Assembly: GCA_041725955.1 (NCBI GenBank)
Contig: JBGRQE010000006.1
Location: forward strand, 37,593-101,592
DNA: 64,000 nucleotides
Source: Bacteroidales bacterium
GTDB taxonomy: Bacteria; Bacteroidota; Bacteroidia; Bacteroidales; JBGRPZ01
Direction: 5' to 3'
The position numbers were made by a program, and so were the translations under genes. Positions within the stretch are counted from its first letter, which is position 1; each line of letters begins with the position of its first letter. This document shows positions 28,681-38,361 of the stretch, piece after piece. Under the pieces are notes generated by a model. That model did no database searches, had not been told where the DNA came from, and saw only the letters and a program-made list of their open reading frames with translations.

Positions 28681-28732
28681 ACAATTAAGGGTAAGTGTTG
28701 TTGAATTTAAAGGTAGGGATGATAGTGATTCA

Positions 28733-28763
28733 ACAAAAAAGAAGCTGCCCTTTTAGGACAGCC
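28733..28763 (-). terminator. Hairpin terminator after the 28783..29811 gene
   Basis: The minus strand reads GCTGTCC taaaa GGGCAGC, followed by TTCTTTTTTG. Confidence 0.6.
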
Positions 28764-28782
28764 TACTCTTTTTTATTTAATT

Positions 28783-29811
28783 CTATTTTTTAGCAGCAGC
28801 TTTATTTTTAATCTTTACATTATATAAAATTGCATCCAGTTGTTTTACATAATCTCTTTTCTTTTTCTTTGGAGCATAAACAAAACCATCGACAGTAACG
28901 ATTCTATTGTTCTTTTCGTCGATAATAGAGTAAGATGTAAAAGGACCTCCATAAAAGTCGTTAAAAAGTTTCCATAAGCCACGAGTTCTTACGGTGTAGT
29001 GCTGATTTAAGTTAGGGATGGTGTCAAAAACCGGAGGACCTGCTTTTTTCCTTTGTTCAATAATCATATAAGTATTAGGGTTTTCTCCAGGTAAATATGC
29101 ACTCGTAAGGCTGTCTCTGTATGCTATAATATGTTCTGGTGATAATTGGTTGGAGCTATAGTAATTTTCGGTATATATTAATATTCCCTGACTAAAATCA
29201 GCCGTTTCTTTTCTTAACCATACAAAATTGGGTTTGTCTACAGCAATGAAAAATCCTTCTGGGATTACCATTTCAATATCAAATTTTTTCTGTATAGCAG
29301 CTTCTGTTTCTACGTCTTGAATTGATTTGTAAGTATTGACGATACGGTCTCTTTCACTCTTGTTGAAAAGTTCAACAATACCAATAGCATTTTGTCGGAA
29401 ATATTGTAATAACTCCTTTTGGTTTGGGGCCTTAATGGTAACAATTCTTTGCGGAATTACATATTTATCTTTCTCTGTAGTTAATAATGGTTCTTTTATA
29501 TTATTATCAATGTCTAGGATTAAGATATTGCGGCTTTTACGAAATAATTCGTTAAAGTTGTTTTTTCCTACATTCATAAGTTTAAAATGAGGCTCAGATT
29601 GCGGAAGACCAACCATTGGAGCAGCTAATATGCTTTTTGTGCTGTCGCCTATTGTTGACTCCCATTGATCGCGATTGTCAGTAACAACCATAATCTCGGA
29701 TGTATTACCATAAGAAGATTCTTTTTGTCCTTTAAGTCTTCTTTTACAGCTTGACAAAATCAAAATGCTAAGTACCAATAGAATTGAAATACGACTAATC
29801 TTTTGTATCAT
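28783..29811 (-). CDS. Hypothetical lipoprotein (DUF4837-like by recall)
   Basis: It has a lipobox (LILSSC), is 342 aa long, and sits in the same orientation downstream of the LysM lytic transglycosylase and gatA. The family assignment is from memory only. Confidence 0.45.
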   Translation of the reverse strand: MIQKISRISILLVLSILILSSCKRRLKGQKESSYGNTSEIMVVTDNRDQWESTIGDSTKSILAAPMVGLPQSEPHFKLMNVGKNNFNELFRKSRNILILDIDNNIKEPLLTTEKDKYVIPQRIVTIKAPNQKELLQYFRQNAIGIVELFNKSERDRIVNTYKSIQDVETEAAIQKKFDIEMVIPEGFFIAVDKPNFVWLRKETADFSQGILIYTENYYSSNQLSPEHIIAYRDSLTSAYLPGENPNTYMIIEQRKKAGPPVFDTIPNLNQHYTVRTRGLWKLFNDFYGGPFTSYSIIDEKNNRIVTVDGFVYAPKKKKRDYVKQLDAILYNVKIKNKAAAKK

Positions 29812-29839
29812 CTATCTTGTATTTTTTGTTATTTCGATG

Positions 29840-29880
29840 TTCGGGTTTCGTATTCCAATAATTGAAATACGAAACCCGAA
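29840..29880 (-). other. Perfect 15-bp inverted repeat between the transglycosylase stop and the next gene start
   Basis: The arms are TTCGGGTTTCGTATT and AATACGAAACCCGAA with an 11-nt loop. No U-tract follows on the minus strand, so it is not a classic terminator. Confidence 0.5.
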
Positions 29881-29894
29881 TACTAACTTCAAAG

Positions 29895-31751
29895 TTAAAT
29901 AATATCAACCACAATTACAGTACCTGGTTTTAGGTTTTGTGTATTCTTAATGTTATTTAACTGTTTGATTTTTTGCACAGAACTACCTTTATATTTTTTT
30001 GCAATAGTCCAGAGGTTTTCTCCAGACTTAATTGTATGTTTTACCTTTTTTCCATTTTTAGGAAAAGAATATGTCTTATTTGAAGCTGTGCTTGTAGAAG
30101 CTTTTACTCTTAGCTTTTGATTTATACGAATTGTATTTCCGCGAAGGCTATTAAGTCTTTTTATTTGATCGACACTAGTATTATATTTTCTTGCTATACT
30201 ACCCAAGTTTTCCCCTCTTCTTACTGTATGGTATTGGGAAGAAGAAGAGCCTTTACTTGAAGAAGAATAGGAATAAGAAGGAGCTCCCTTTCCATAAACC
30301 ACAAGTTTTTGCCCAGGTTTTATCATAGTTCCTCTTATGCGATTCCATTTCTTTAAACTATTTACTGAGCATCTGTATTTGCGTGCAATAAGACCTAATG
30401 ATTCTCCACTACGAACAATATGTATATTTCTATTCTTAATGGTACTTATTTGCTTAAGAATTTTCTGTTTTTCAATGCCTTTTTTGGTTACATAATTATA
30501 TAAAGAATCCTCATTGTTCATATAGTCTGGCACATATTCTCTGGGAATACAAAGTGTGTATTGTTTTCCTTTTGTTGCAGGAATAATTCCTTTTTTAAAT
30601 TGAGGATTTAAGAATTTTAAATCAGAGATTGGAACTTTTAAGAACTCATTAATCTGATCAAAAGCAAGCACATCTTTAACAGTAACAGTATCAACTCTAT
30701 TATAATCAAAATTGATTTTTGTAGGTCGAATATTATGAAATTCAGGGAAGTTCATTGCATATGTAACGGCTATAAATGCAGGTACGTAGTTTCTGGTTTC
30801 TCTAGGAAGAAATGGCCATACTGCCCAATAGTTTTTTACTCCTCCAGCGCGACGAATGGCTTTATTCACATTACCAGGACCAGAGTTGTAAGCAGCTAAA
30901 GCCAATGACCAATCTTTATAAATATTGTATAAATCGCGAAGGTAGCGACATGCTGCATCTGTAGATTTTGTTGGGTCAAAACGATCATCAATCAATGTGG
31001 TAGCATTAAGCCCATACTTTTTTCCTGTATAGTACATAAACTGCCATAGCCCTTTGGCTCCTGCATGTGAACCTGCAGTTGGATTTAATGCCGACTCAAC
31101 AATAGCTAAATATTTAAGTTCTAAAGGAAGGTCGTATTTAGCTAGCTTTTCTTCCATTCTAGGAAAGTAATATGCTCCCAAACCCAACATTCTGGAAGTA
31201 ATCCCTCTTTTTGTTCTGGAATATATGGTTATAAATTTCTTTACTTCCTGATTAAAGGTAAGTTCGATTGTTGTTTGCTTGTTTAAGCTATCTAAGCGTT
31301 TTTTTATCTGAGTATCCGAAACAACAGGAATAAATCCAGGCTTAAAGTTTCCATATTTTGATTTATCAACCAATTCCAATTCCTCATCATAGAAATGATC
31401 GAGCGTACTTTGTTCGAGAAGCTCAAGCATTGGAGGATCTTGTAAAATTCCAGTATTTCTAAGAAAAGCCTCTTTGTTTTCATTCTTTCCCGAATAAATA
31501 GAAGTGCTATCATCCAAGAAAGCAAGGCTATCGTTATTATAATTCAAACTGTCTAATTCAAGAGTTAGAGGATTGTTCTCTAGAGTATTTACAATACTAT
31601 CTTCTTGTTTATTGACAGCTGCAGTTTTTTTTATTTCAGTTTTTTTGTCATTATTTCTTTTCCCAAAAATCTTTAATGACTTACACGATGGACTGATTAA
31701 AATTGCTGTAGCCCCCAGTAGGCTAAATATCTTTGTTTTTAATTTTATCAT
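29895..31751 (-). CDS. Membrane-bound lytic murein transglycosylase D-like protein with three LysM domains
   Basis: It has the SLT catalytic region AIVESALNPTAGSHAGAKGLWQFM and three C-terminal LysM repeats (HIVRSGESLGLIARKY, HTVRRGENLGSIARKY, HTIKSGENLWTIAKKY). I prefer the ATG at 31751. Confidence 0.85.
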   Translation of the reverse strand: MIKLKTKIFSLLGATAILISPSCKSLKIFGKRNNDKKTEIKKTAAVNKQEDSIVNTLENNPLTLELDSLNYNNDSLAFLDDSTSIYSGKNENKEAFLRNTGILQDPPMLELLEQSTLDHFYDEELELVDKSKYGNFKPGFIPVVSDTQIKKRLDSLNKQTTIELTFNQEVKKFITIYSRTKRGITSRMLGLGAYYFPRMEEKLAKYDLPLELKYLAIVESALNPTAGSHAGAKGLWQFMYYTGKKYGLNATTLIDDRFDPTKSTDAACRYLRDLYNIYKDWSLALAAYNSGPGNVNKAIRRAGGVKNYWAVWPFLPRETRNYVPAFIAVTYAMNFPEFHNIRPTKINFDYNRVDTVTVKDVLAFDQINEFLKVPISDLKFLNPQFKKGIIPATKGKQYTLCIPREYVPDYMNNEDSLYNYVTKKGIEKQKILKQISTIKNRNIHIVRSGESLGLIARKYRCSVNSLKKWNRIRGTMIKPGQKLVVYGKGAPSYSYSSSSKGSSSSQYHTVRRGENLGSIARKYNTSVDQIKRLNSLRGNTIRINQKLRVKASTSTASNKTYSFPKNGKKVKHTIKSGENLWTIAKKYKGSSVQKIKQLNNIKNTQNLKPGTVIVVDII

Positions 31752-31773
31752 TTTTTTTTGTTTCCTTAGATAA

Positions 31774-33222
31774 TTACAGTTGAGCATAAACGAGTTGTGC
31801 TATAAGCTTCGAAACATTAAAAAGGCCTGCCTCATTAAATAATGGCGCGATAAGTTGAATTCCTAGAGGAAGATTATTGTCCCCCTTTCCTGTCGGAATA
31901 TTTATTGCTGGTAGCCCTGTTAAATTGGCCAGTACAGTAAAAATATCCATTCGGTATTGATCCTGAAAAGAGAGTTGTTCCTCTTTTTTGCAAGCAGTTA
32001 AAGGACATGTAGGTGAAATAATAAATGAATTGCCCTTAAGAATTGAATGGATTTCGTTGGATAAAGATTTTCTAAATACTTGTGCTTTTTGGTAATAATT
32101 ATTTCGCTGCGCTTTATGTAGCGCATATGATCCAAATACAATTTTTCTCTTGACTTCATTTCCCAAAAAAGTCGTTCGGTTTTTTGTAATTAAATCTTTT
32201 GCAGAAGATTGTTCTTCTAAACTTTGACCATATCTGATTCCATCAAATCGCCCCATATTTGAACATGCTTCGGCACAAGCAATCATTTGAAAAGCCTTGA
32301 CTTGTTCTTTTATGGAAGGAATTGATTTCTCTTTTATGGAATATCCTTTTTCCGAAATAGACTTTACTATGCCAATGTAGTTGTTATATACATCAGATTG
32401 TAAAGGAATTATTTCTTCTAGTTCTTTGATTCGGATAAAACTTGGTTTATCTCTTTGTTTGTCATCCAACGGCAAATATGCTTCTGTTCCACAACTAGGA
32501 ATAGATAAATCTCTGCCATCAGCACCAGAGACAATCGATAAAGTTTTTTCAATATTGCCCAAATCATTACTCATAATACCTAAGTGATCCAAGCTATTGG
32601 CATATGCGATTAAACCAAAGCGTGAAATTCTACCATATGTTGGTTTTAAGCCATAAATACCACACCATGAAGCCGGGAGTCTTACGGAACCTCCAGTGTC
32701 TGAGCCTATAGCTATGTGACAAAGATTAAGTGCCACTGCAGCAGCAGAACCTGAAGAGGAGCCTCCAGAGACATATGCTTTGTTGTGAGGATTTAGTGTG
32801 GTGCCATATGATGAGAATTGCCCTGTACTGCCCATCGCAAATTCATCACAATTTGTACGCCCAACAATTATAGCTCCATTTGCGATTAGTTTATTTACAA
32901 TAGTGGCAGAATATGGAGCTATAAAACCCTTTAGAATCTTTGAAGATGCTGTACAATGGTGACTTTTATAAAGAATATTGTCTTTTATGGCAACGAGCAT
33001 ACCTTCAAGAGGTTTTTCTTTTTTCAATCTAAAGTTTTGATCTGCAATTTTTGCTTTATTAAGTATTTCTTCAGTAAATACCTCAATAAAAGCATTATGC
33101 TTTTTTTGTTTGTCCGCCTCCTCAAGAAAATGTTCCACTATAGAAACTACCGAAATACTATTTTCCTGAAATAGTGTTCGCAGTTTTTCGTAATTATGGA
33201 TGTTCTCTCGTATTTTCTTCAT
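31774..33222 (-). CDS. gatA: Glutamyl-tRNA(Gln) amidotransferase subunit A
   Basis: It has the amidase signature GGSSSGSAAAVA ... GSDTGGSVRLPASWCG and is about 482 aa. I prefer the ATG at 33222. Confidence 0.88.
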   Translation of the reverse strand: MKKIRENIHNYEKLRTLFQENSISVVSIVEHFLEEADKQKKHNAFIEVFTEEILNKAKIADQNFRLKKEKPLEGMLVAIKDNILYKSHHCTASSKILKGFIAPYSATIVNKLIANGAIIVGRTNCDEFAMGSTGQFSSYGTTLNPHNKAYVSGGSSSGSAAAVALNLCHIAIGSDTGGSVRLPASWCGIYGLKPTYGRISRFGLIAYANSLDHLGIMSNDLGNIEKTLSIVSGADGRDLSIPSCGTEAYLPLDDKQRDKPSFIRIKELEEIIPLQSDVYNNYIGIVKSISEKGYSIKEKSIPSIKEQVKAFQMIACAEACSNMGRFDGIRYGQSLEEQSSAKDLITKNRTTFLGNEVKRKIVFGSYALHKAQRNNYYQKAQVFRKSLSNEIHSILKGNSFIISPTCPLTACKKEEQLSFQDQYRMDIFTVLANLTGLPAINIPTGKGDNNLPLGIQLIAPLFNEAGLFNVSKLIAQLVYAQL

Positions 33223-33527
33223 AGACAAAAAAAACAATGCAGATTGCAGGCCCAAGCGCAACCTTAGTTTTGTGTGTGTTTTTAATTCTTTTACTTGATT
33301 CTTGTTCGATGCTATGGGAGTATATTACTCCATAAACCCGTGTCTGATTGCAAAGATATTAAAGTTTTATGGCTTTTTCCTTTGATTACTGTCATAATAA
33401 AACTTAAAGAATAGAAATTAAGGAATTTGGGGGTTGTATTTAGTATTTCTGACTTAAAATTACATAGATATAAGGTGTCGAAATTTCAGACACTAAATAA
33501 AACTTAAAAACTTAAATTTTGAAATAT

Positions 33528-33535
33528 TATCTTTG
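33528..33535 (+). promoter_or_regulatory. -7 promoter box TATCTTTG
   Basis: It matches TAnnTTTG and ends 41 nt upstream of the ATG at 33577. Confidence 0.35.
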
Positions 33536-33576
33536 CGCCTTATTTCGGATTTTGGATATGATATATTTGAAGATAT

Positions 33577-34515
33577 ATGGCAAAGAATGTAAAGGAGTTA
33601 GAGTTTCAAAAGATTTTAGAAATCTTGCACGAGCACGATTCTGAGTCGGTATATGAGCGCATTAATAAGATTCCAAAAAGTAAAGAATTGTATGATACTA
33701 TTGATGAGTATGTAGATATCAAACATCTTACACGCAGATCGGTATTGGGAATCGATATTTATCGCTATGGTTTATTTAAGCATTTGGAGCAGACTTTAAT
33801 CCCTCCATTATTTAAAATTCTGATGGAAAAGGCTATTCGTCTTAGTCTTGAAAATAACCAATTTGTATTTCAAAAATATACAAGAGAGCGTATTCTAAAA
33901 TCATTTATTAGTACCGGCGATGGTGGATTTATGATTTTTGAAACTCCATTACATTCGTTGTTTTTTGCCATTAATTTCGAGATGGTAGTCCGTGCTTATA
34001 ACTCTTATCATTTATATCCGAAATTACGAAATATTATTGGAAGTATTTCTTTACGTTATGCCATTACTAATGATACTATTTTTCAATTTGATGATAATCA
34101 TTACGGATCTGCAATCATCAATAATTCCAGGATTTTAGAGAGAGATAGCCTGAATAGGTGTTTGGTAGATCAAAATACTCACGATTGGTTTTTAATAAAT
34201 ATTGATGGAATAGAAAATTTGCAAGTCTATACAATTTATGACCTAGCAAATATTTATGAATTTCAATCGTATGATACATCATTGATTGATCATGGAGAGA
34301 ATTTGGTTTTGAATAAAGATCATACCCGATTAACAGGAGTTTTAAATTCTGATATATCAAGAATCGGACAAATACGTTCTAAGGAAAGATTATTAGATAT
34401 TTATAATTTACATTTGCAGGTAAGTATGTTTATTTCTGCAGATAATCGGAAGGATAGTAAAAGACGAATTACTATCAGTTTGGGGAACTTAAATACAGCT
34501 GGAATAGACCATTAG
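33577..34515 (+). CDS. Hypothetical protein with class III nucleotidyl-cyclase-like (palm-fold) motifs and no sensor or effector domain
   Basis: Three stretches line up with recalled cyclase homology domain motifs. SVLGIDIYRYG resembles FxDIxGFT, the first metal-binding Asp. ISTGDGGFMIFE resembles the GD motif with the second Asp. LRYAITNDTIFQF..HYGSAIINNSRILE resembles RiGihtG...fG..vNxAxRle, although the N-to-R spacing is one residue shorter than canonical. Confidence 0.4.
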   Translation: MAKNVKELEFQKILEILHEHDSESVYERINKIPKSKELYDTIDEYVDIKHLTRRSVLGIDIYRYGLFKHLEQTLIPPLFKILMEKAIRLSLENNQFVFQKYTRERILKSFISTGDGGFMIFETPLHSLFFAINFEMVVRAYNSYHLYPKLRNIIGSISLRYAITNDTIFQFDDNHYGSAIINNSRILERDSLNRCLVDQNTHDWFLINIDGIENLQVYTIYDLANIYEFQSYDTSLIDHGENLVLNKDHTRLTGVLNSDISRIGQIRSKERLLDIYNLHLQVSMFISADNRKDSKRRITISLGNLNTAGIDH

Positions 34516-34527
34516 AATCATTAAATT

Positions 34528-35745
34528 ATGCATGAGAAGATAGAAATAAAAACAGATAATTTTCCGAAAGTAGTTCTAAAGAGAGGAAAAGAACTTCCTA
34601 TAAAGAAATATCATCCATGGGTGTTTTCTGGAGCAATTAAGTATATTGAAGGTAATCCGGAAGAGGGTGATGTTGTTGAGGTATATTCTTCTTTTGATGA
34701 TTTTTTAGGTCTAGGTCATTTTCAAGAGAATAATACGATAAGTGTTCAGGTATTTTCTTTTGAACCTTATGTTCCAGATATTGATTTCTGGAAAGAACGC
34801 TTGCGCAGAGCTTTTTTGCATAGAGAGCAATTGAGTTTTGTAAGTGGTATTGAAACCAATGCTTATCGTTTGGTGCATGGAGAGGCAGATATGCTTCCCG
34901 GTTTGATTATTGATTATTATAATGGAACTATTGTTTTTCAAATTACTTCTATGGGAATGTATAAACTTCGTTATCTCTTTGCGCAGTTTTTACAGGAACT
35001 TTATGGTGAACGACTAATTTCTGTTTATGATAAAAGTGCTGAAAGCTTATATAAAAATACAGGAGTACCTTGTCGTGATAGCTTCTTATTAGGTGAAGCA
35101 GGTCAGGAAACCATAAAGGAAGCTAATTTATTTTATCGTGTAGATTGGAGGTTTGGAAATAGAACAGGCTTCTTTTTAGATCATCGTGAGGGAAGAGCAT
35201 TATTGTCGAGATATGCTAAAGATAAAAAAGTATTAGACTTATTCTGCTATTCAGGAAGCTACACGATTAATGCCTTGCGAGCAGGTGCTAAGATGGTTCA
35301 TTCTGTAGACACCTCTCAGATGGCTATTGACAATCTTCGTGAGAATATTGTATTGAACGATCTTCAGGGAGCACATCAAGAGAGTTTTGTTGCAGATGCC
35401 AAGAAGTTTATGAGTGCAATGCCTGAATCTACTTATGATGTAATAGTAATTGATCCTCCAACTTTAGCAAAAACTTCCTCTATGGAATCTATTGCAATAA
35501 AGGGATATAAGAAGCTTAATGCTCAGGCTATGTCAAAGATAAAATCTGGAGGACTAATATTTTCTTTCTGTAGTTCCAAGATTATTGGAGTGGAGCAATA
35601 TCGTTCAATAATATATTCTGCAGCCCTAGATACAGGAAAGAAAGTGAGCATTTTAAGGCAAATACACCAACCTGAAGATCACCCGATAAGCATATATGTT
35701 CCAGAGCGAGAGTATCTAAAGGGATTTGTTATTCGCATCGATTAA
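34528..35745 (+). CDS. rlmI: Class I SAM-dependent 23S rRNA (cytosine-C5) methyltransferase, RlmI-type (PUA + MTase)
   Basis: It has an N-terminal PUA-like region (LKRGKELPIKKYHPWVFSGAI), RLVHGEADMLPGLIIDYY, and the methyltransferase motifs VLDLFCYSG and VIVIDPP. Confidence 0.8.
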   Translation: MHEKIEIKTDNFPKVVLKRGKELPIKKYHPWVFSGAIKYIEGNPEEGDVVEVYSSFDDFLGLGHFQENNTISVQVFSFEPYVPDIDFWKERLRRAFLHREQLSFVSGIETNAYRLVHGEADMLPGLIIDYYNGTIVFQITSMGMYKLRYLFAQFLQELYGERLISVYDKSAESLYKNTGVPCRDSFLLGEAGQETIKEANLFYRVDWRFGNRTGFFLDHREGRALLSRYAKDKKVLDLFCYSGSYTINALRAGAKMVHSVDTSQMAIDNLRENIVLNDLQGAHQESFVADAKKFMSAMPESTYDVIVIDPPTLAKTSSMESIAIKGYKKLNAQAMSKIKSGGLIFSFCSSKIIGVEQYRSIIYSAALDTGKKVSILRQIHQPEDHPISIYVPEREYLKGFVIRID

Positions 35746-35900
35746 GTAAGAATTGATATAAATTATTATATAGAGTTATCTTTGAAATAAATTCATATTT
35801 TAAAGCTAACTCTTGTTGTTTCTGTAATACAGTTATTTATGATTGTATGTTGATATTCTTTTCTATAAGTTAATGTTTTTGTTTTTTTTAAGAAAAAAAG

Positions 35901-35908
35901 TAAATTTG
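35901..35908 (+). promoter_or_regulatory. -7 promoter box TAAATTTG
   Basis: It matches TAnnTTTG and ends 22 nt upstream of the ATG at 35931. Confidence 0.45.
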
Positions 35909-35930
35909 GGGTCTATACCTAAACTTTACT

Positions 35931-37151
35931 ATGAAAAAAACTAATATTTATGGCTGGATGATGTGGTTCATCGCAGCACTCTTTTATGCTTTAGACTATT
36001 TTCAGCATACAGCACCGAGTGTGCTTATAAAACCTATAGCGAATAGTGCGGGGATTTCGTTTATAGATGTGGCTGACATTATGAGTTTGTATTTTCCTGT
36101 TTATGCGATTTCACAAATTCCAGCGGGTTATATTTTAGACAAATATGGGGTAAGAAGAATTTTGGCTATTGCTTGTGTTGTTGTTAGTGCGGGGCTTGGA
36201 CTAATGACTTTACCAGAAGTGGGTTCATTGGTTGTTGGAAGAATATTAATTGCAATAGGGTCGGCATTTGCTTTTTTAGGGGCATTAAAAACAGCATCAG
36301 CATCATTGTCTGCAAGAGCTTTTCCTGTAGCTGTTGGTTTAACAAATACAATTGGAGTGTTGGGAGGAATACTAGGACAGCCTTTTCTGAACTTTCTTAT
36401 TATGAAATTTGACTGGATTAAGGCCTCTCTATATATTGTGTTTTTTGGATTAATCTTGGCTGTATTTATATTTATGTTTTTACGTATTAAAAAGGTCAAA
36501 CACGTGGAGGCAGTGAAACTCGACTACCGATCTATATACCGGGATAAAAAGATTTGGTTTTTGGCTATTTATGCTGGTATTATGGTGGGAACTATTGTAA
36601 ATGCATTTGGCGAACTCTATGGAGTAAGTTTTTTGGAAGATGCTTTTCGTTTAACATCAGAAAAAGCGTCTTTGATTAGTTCTACTGTATTTATTGGAAT
36701 TGCTGTTGGAGGGCCTTTACATGGTTTTATAGCCAAAAAGTTTAAGGGTAATCATACATGGATGATTATTGCAAATATAGGGAGTATAGTTTCCTTTAGT
36801 TTAATTGTATTAAGTGCATTGGTTGCTATTCCTTACTTTGTCCTTTTTGCATTGTATTTTCTTACTGGTTTTTTTGTGTCTTCTATGCTATTGGCTTTTT
36901 CTGTGGCCAGAAGCGACTATCCAAAACAGATTCATGGAGCTATTTTTGCATTGGTAAATATGGTTATTGGAGTAAGTGGGTTTGTTTTTCAGTTTATGTT
37001 GGGAAAAATGTTAAAGTTGTTCCTTGGCGATTATGGAGCACATCTTAAGAATATAGCTTATGTTAAAGGATTACTTATTCTTTTGATTCCTTTGTTAATT
37101 AGCATGTTCTTGTGCATAAACATTGCGCGTAAGCATAAAACTGTACAATAG
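35931..37151 (+). CDS. MFS transporter
   Basis: It is 406 aa with about 12 hydrophobic helices and an MFS-like loop (LDKYGVRR) after TM2. Confidence 0.8.
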   Translation: MKKTNIYGWMMWFIAALFYALDYFQHTAPSVLIKPIANSAGISFIDVADIMSLYFPVYAISQIPAGYILDKYGVRRILAIACVVVSAGLGLMTLPEVGSLVVGRILIAIGSAFAFLGALKTASASLSARAFPVAVGLTNTIGVLGGILGQPFLNFLIMKFDWIKASLYIVFFGLILAVFIFMFLRIKKVKHVEAVKLDYRSIYRDKKIWFLAIYAGIMVGTIVNAFGELYGVSFLEDAFRLTSEKASLISSTVFIGIAVGGPLHGFIAKKFKGNHTWMIIANIGSIVSFSLIVLSALVAIPYFVLFALYFLTGFFVSSMLLAFSVARSDYPKQIHGAIFALVNMVIGVSGFVFQFMLGKMLKLFLGDYGAHLKNIAYVKGLLILLIPLLISMFLCINIARKHKTVQ

Positions 37152-37206
37152 TTATTATCAACTGAGACTCAGGAGTGTGAGGAATGAGTATTAAATCTAT
37201 AGAAAA

Positions 37207-38160
37207 TTATTGCAAGTATTCTTGGGGTTCAAATCCAAAGGTTTGTTTAAATAATTTCGAGAATTCTTCTATAGATTTATACCCCAAAAGCTTTGCTGTT
37301 TCTTCTATAGATTTTTTCTTGTTGAAATAGCTTAAAGCTTTGTCCATTCTAGTTTTTATAACAAACTGACTAATTGTATTTCCATAGAGTTCGAAGATTA
37401 GAAGTTTTAGCCTATCTAAAAAAATGCCTGTTTTTTCAGCAACATATTCATCTGTATAGTAAATCTTAGGATTATGTTTGATTTCGTTTTGCATATTAAG
37501 TAGTGCTTTTGCTTCTTCTTCTTTAAGGTAGATTTCAGTGTTTTTTTCTAATGAATTAAAGAAAAGAGAGCATAACTCAATTGCTTTACCATATGCATAT
37601 TGCTTTCTAAAGTCTCCTTCCTCAAAAGAAATCATAACATCTGTCAAAATCTTTATTATCTCTTTTGAAGGCTCTTGATGAAAAAGAAATGAATCTAATG
37701 CCATTAAAGAATACAAGTACTGCTTTTCTTTAAATTCAAAAAATTTTTTTGCAAAGGTTTTTGTAAACAAAAGGCAAAATTGAAAGTAAATTTCGTTGGG
37801 AGGGATAATCACAGTTCTCTTATAATTTGCAGTTCCAAAGTATCCTCCACATTTTAATTTTGAAGTAAACGTAGCCTTGCCTCTTTGTTCGGATAGAGTA
37901 ACATTTCTGGGCAGATAAAAATCCAGAGATAAGAGATCGTCATTATCAGTTCCTATTCTAACCAATAATGATTCATAGTTTGTATTTGAACATAAAAAAG
38001 AAAGGCTAAAGTTTTCGGGATAGTCATAAACTTCAATATGTAATTTTCCCAGCGATTCAGGCATGTCGAAAGTATGCCCCAGCCATGGTGCTCCAACCAT
38101 TCTGGCAAATTCGGAAGCTACTTCGATGTAGTTGTTTAGTTTATATCTGTATACAATCAT
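37207..38160 (-). CDS. AraC-family transcriptional regulator (paralog A)
   Basis: It has a C-terminal AraC HTH (LLGYKSIEEFSKLFKQTFGFEPQEY) and an uncharacterised N-terminal domain of about 200 aa. Confidence 0.8.
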   Translation of the reverse strand: MIVYRYKLNNYIEVASEFARMVGAPWLGHTFDMPESLGKLHIEVYDYPENFSLSFLCSNTNYESLLVRIGTDNDDLLSLDFYLPRNVTLSEQRGKATFTSKLKCGGYFGTANYKRTVIIPPNEIYFQFCLLFTKTFAKKFFEFKEKQYLYSLMALDSFLFHQEPSKEIIKILTDVMISFEEGDFRKQYAYGKAIELCSLFFNSLEKNTEIYLKEEEAKALLNMQNEIKHNPKIYYTDEYVAEKTGIFLDRLKLLIFELYGNTISQFVIKTRMDKALSYFNKKKSIEETAKLLGYKSIEEFSKLFKQTFGFEPQEYLQ

Positions 38161-38361
38161 GTTTTTTGCAATTATTTTTTACGCAAAGCGTACCATTTAA
38201 TACTTGACACTTGCAACGAATCACAAAAAGTTAAATAAGATGTTATGAGTTTTGTTCTTACAAAAAATGTTATCCAATAACCTCTATATATAAAATGAAA
38301 AAATAAAAAACTTTATTGTAAAGACGTGATTAATAGTGTTCTAAATGTGTGGTTCTTATGC

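Noticed and set aside
33577-35745. Pycsar- or CBASS-like antiphage operon (cyclase plus effector).
   Set aside because: The gene after the cyclase-like ORF is a standard PUA + SAM methyltransferase (RlmI type). It is not a transmembrane, TIR, nuclease or cNMP-binding effector. I kept only the orphan-cyclase observation.
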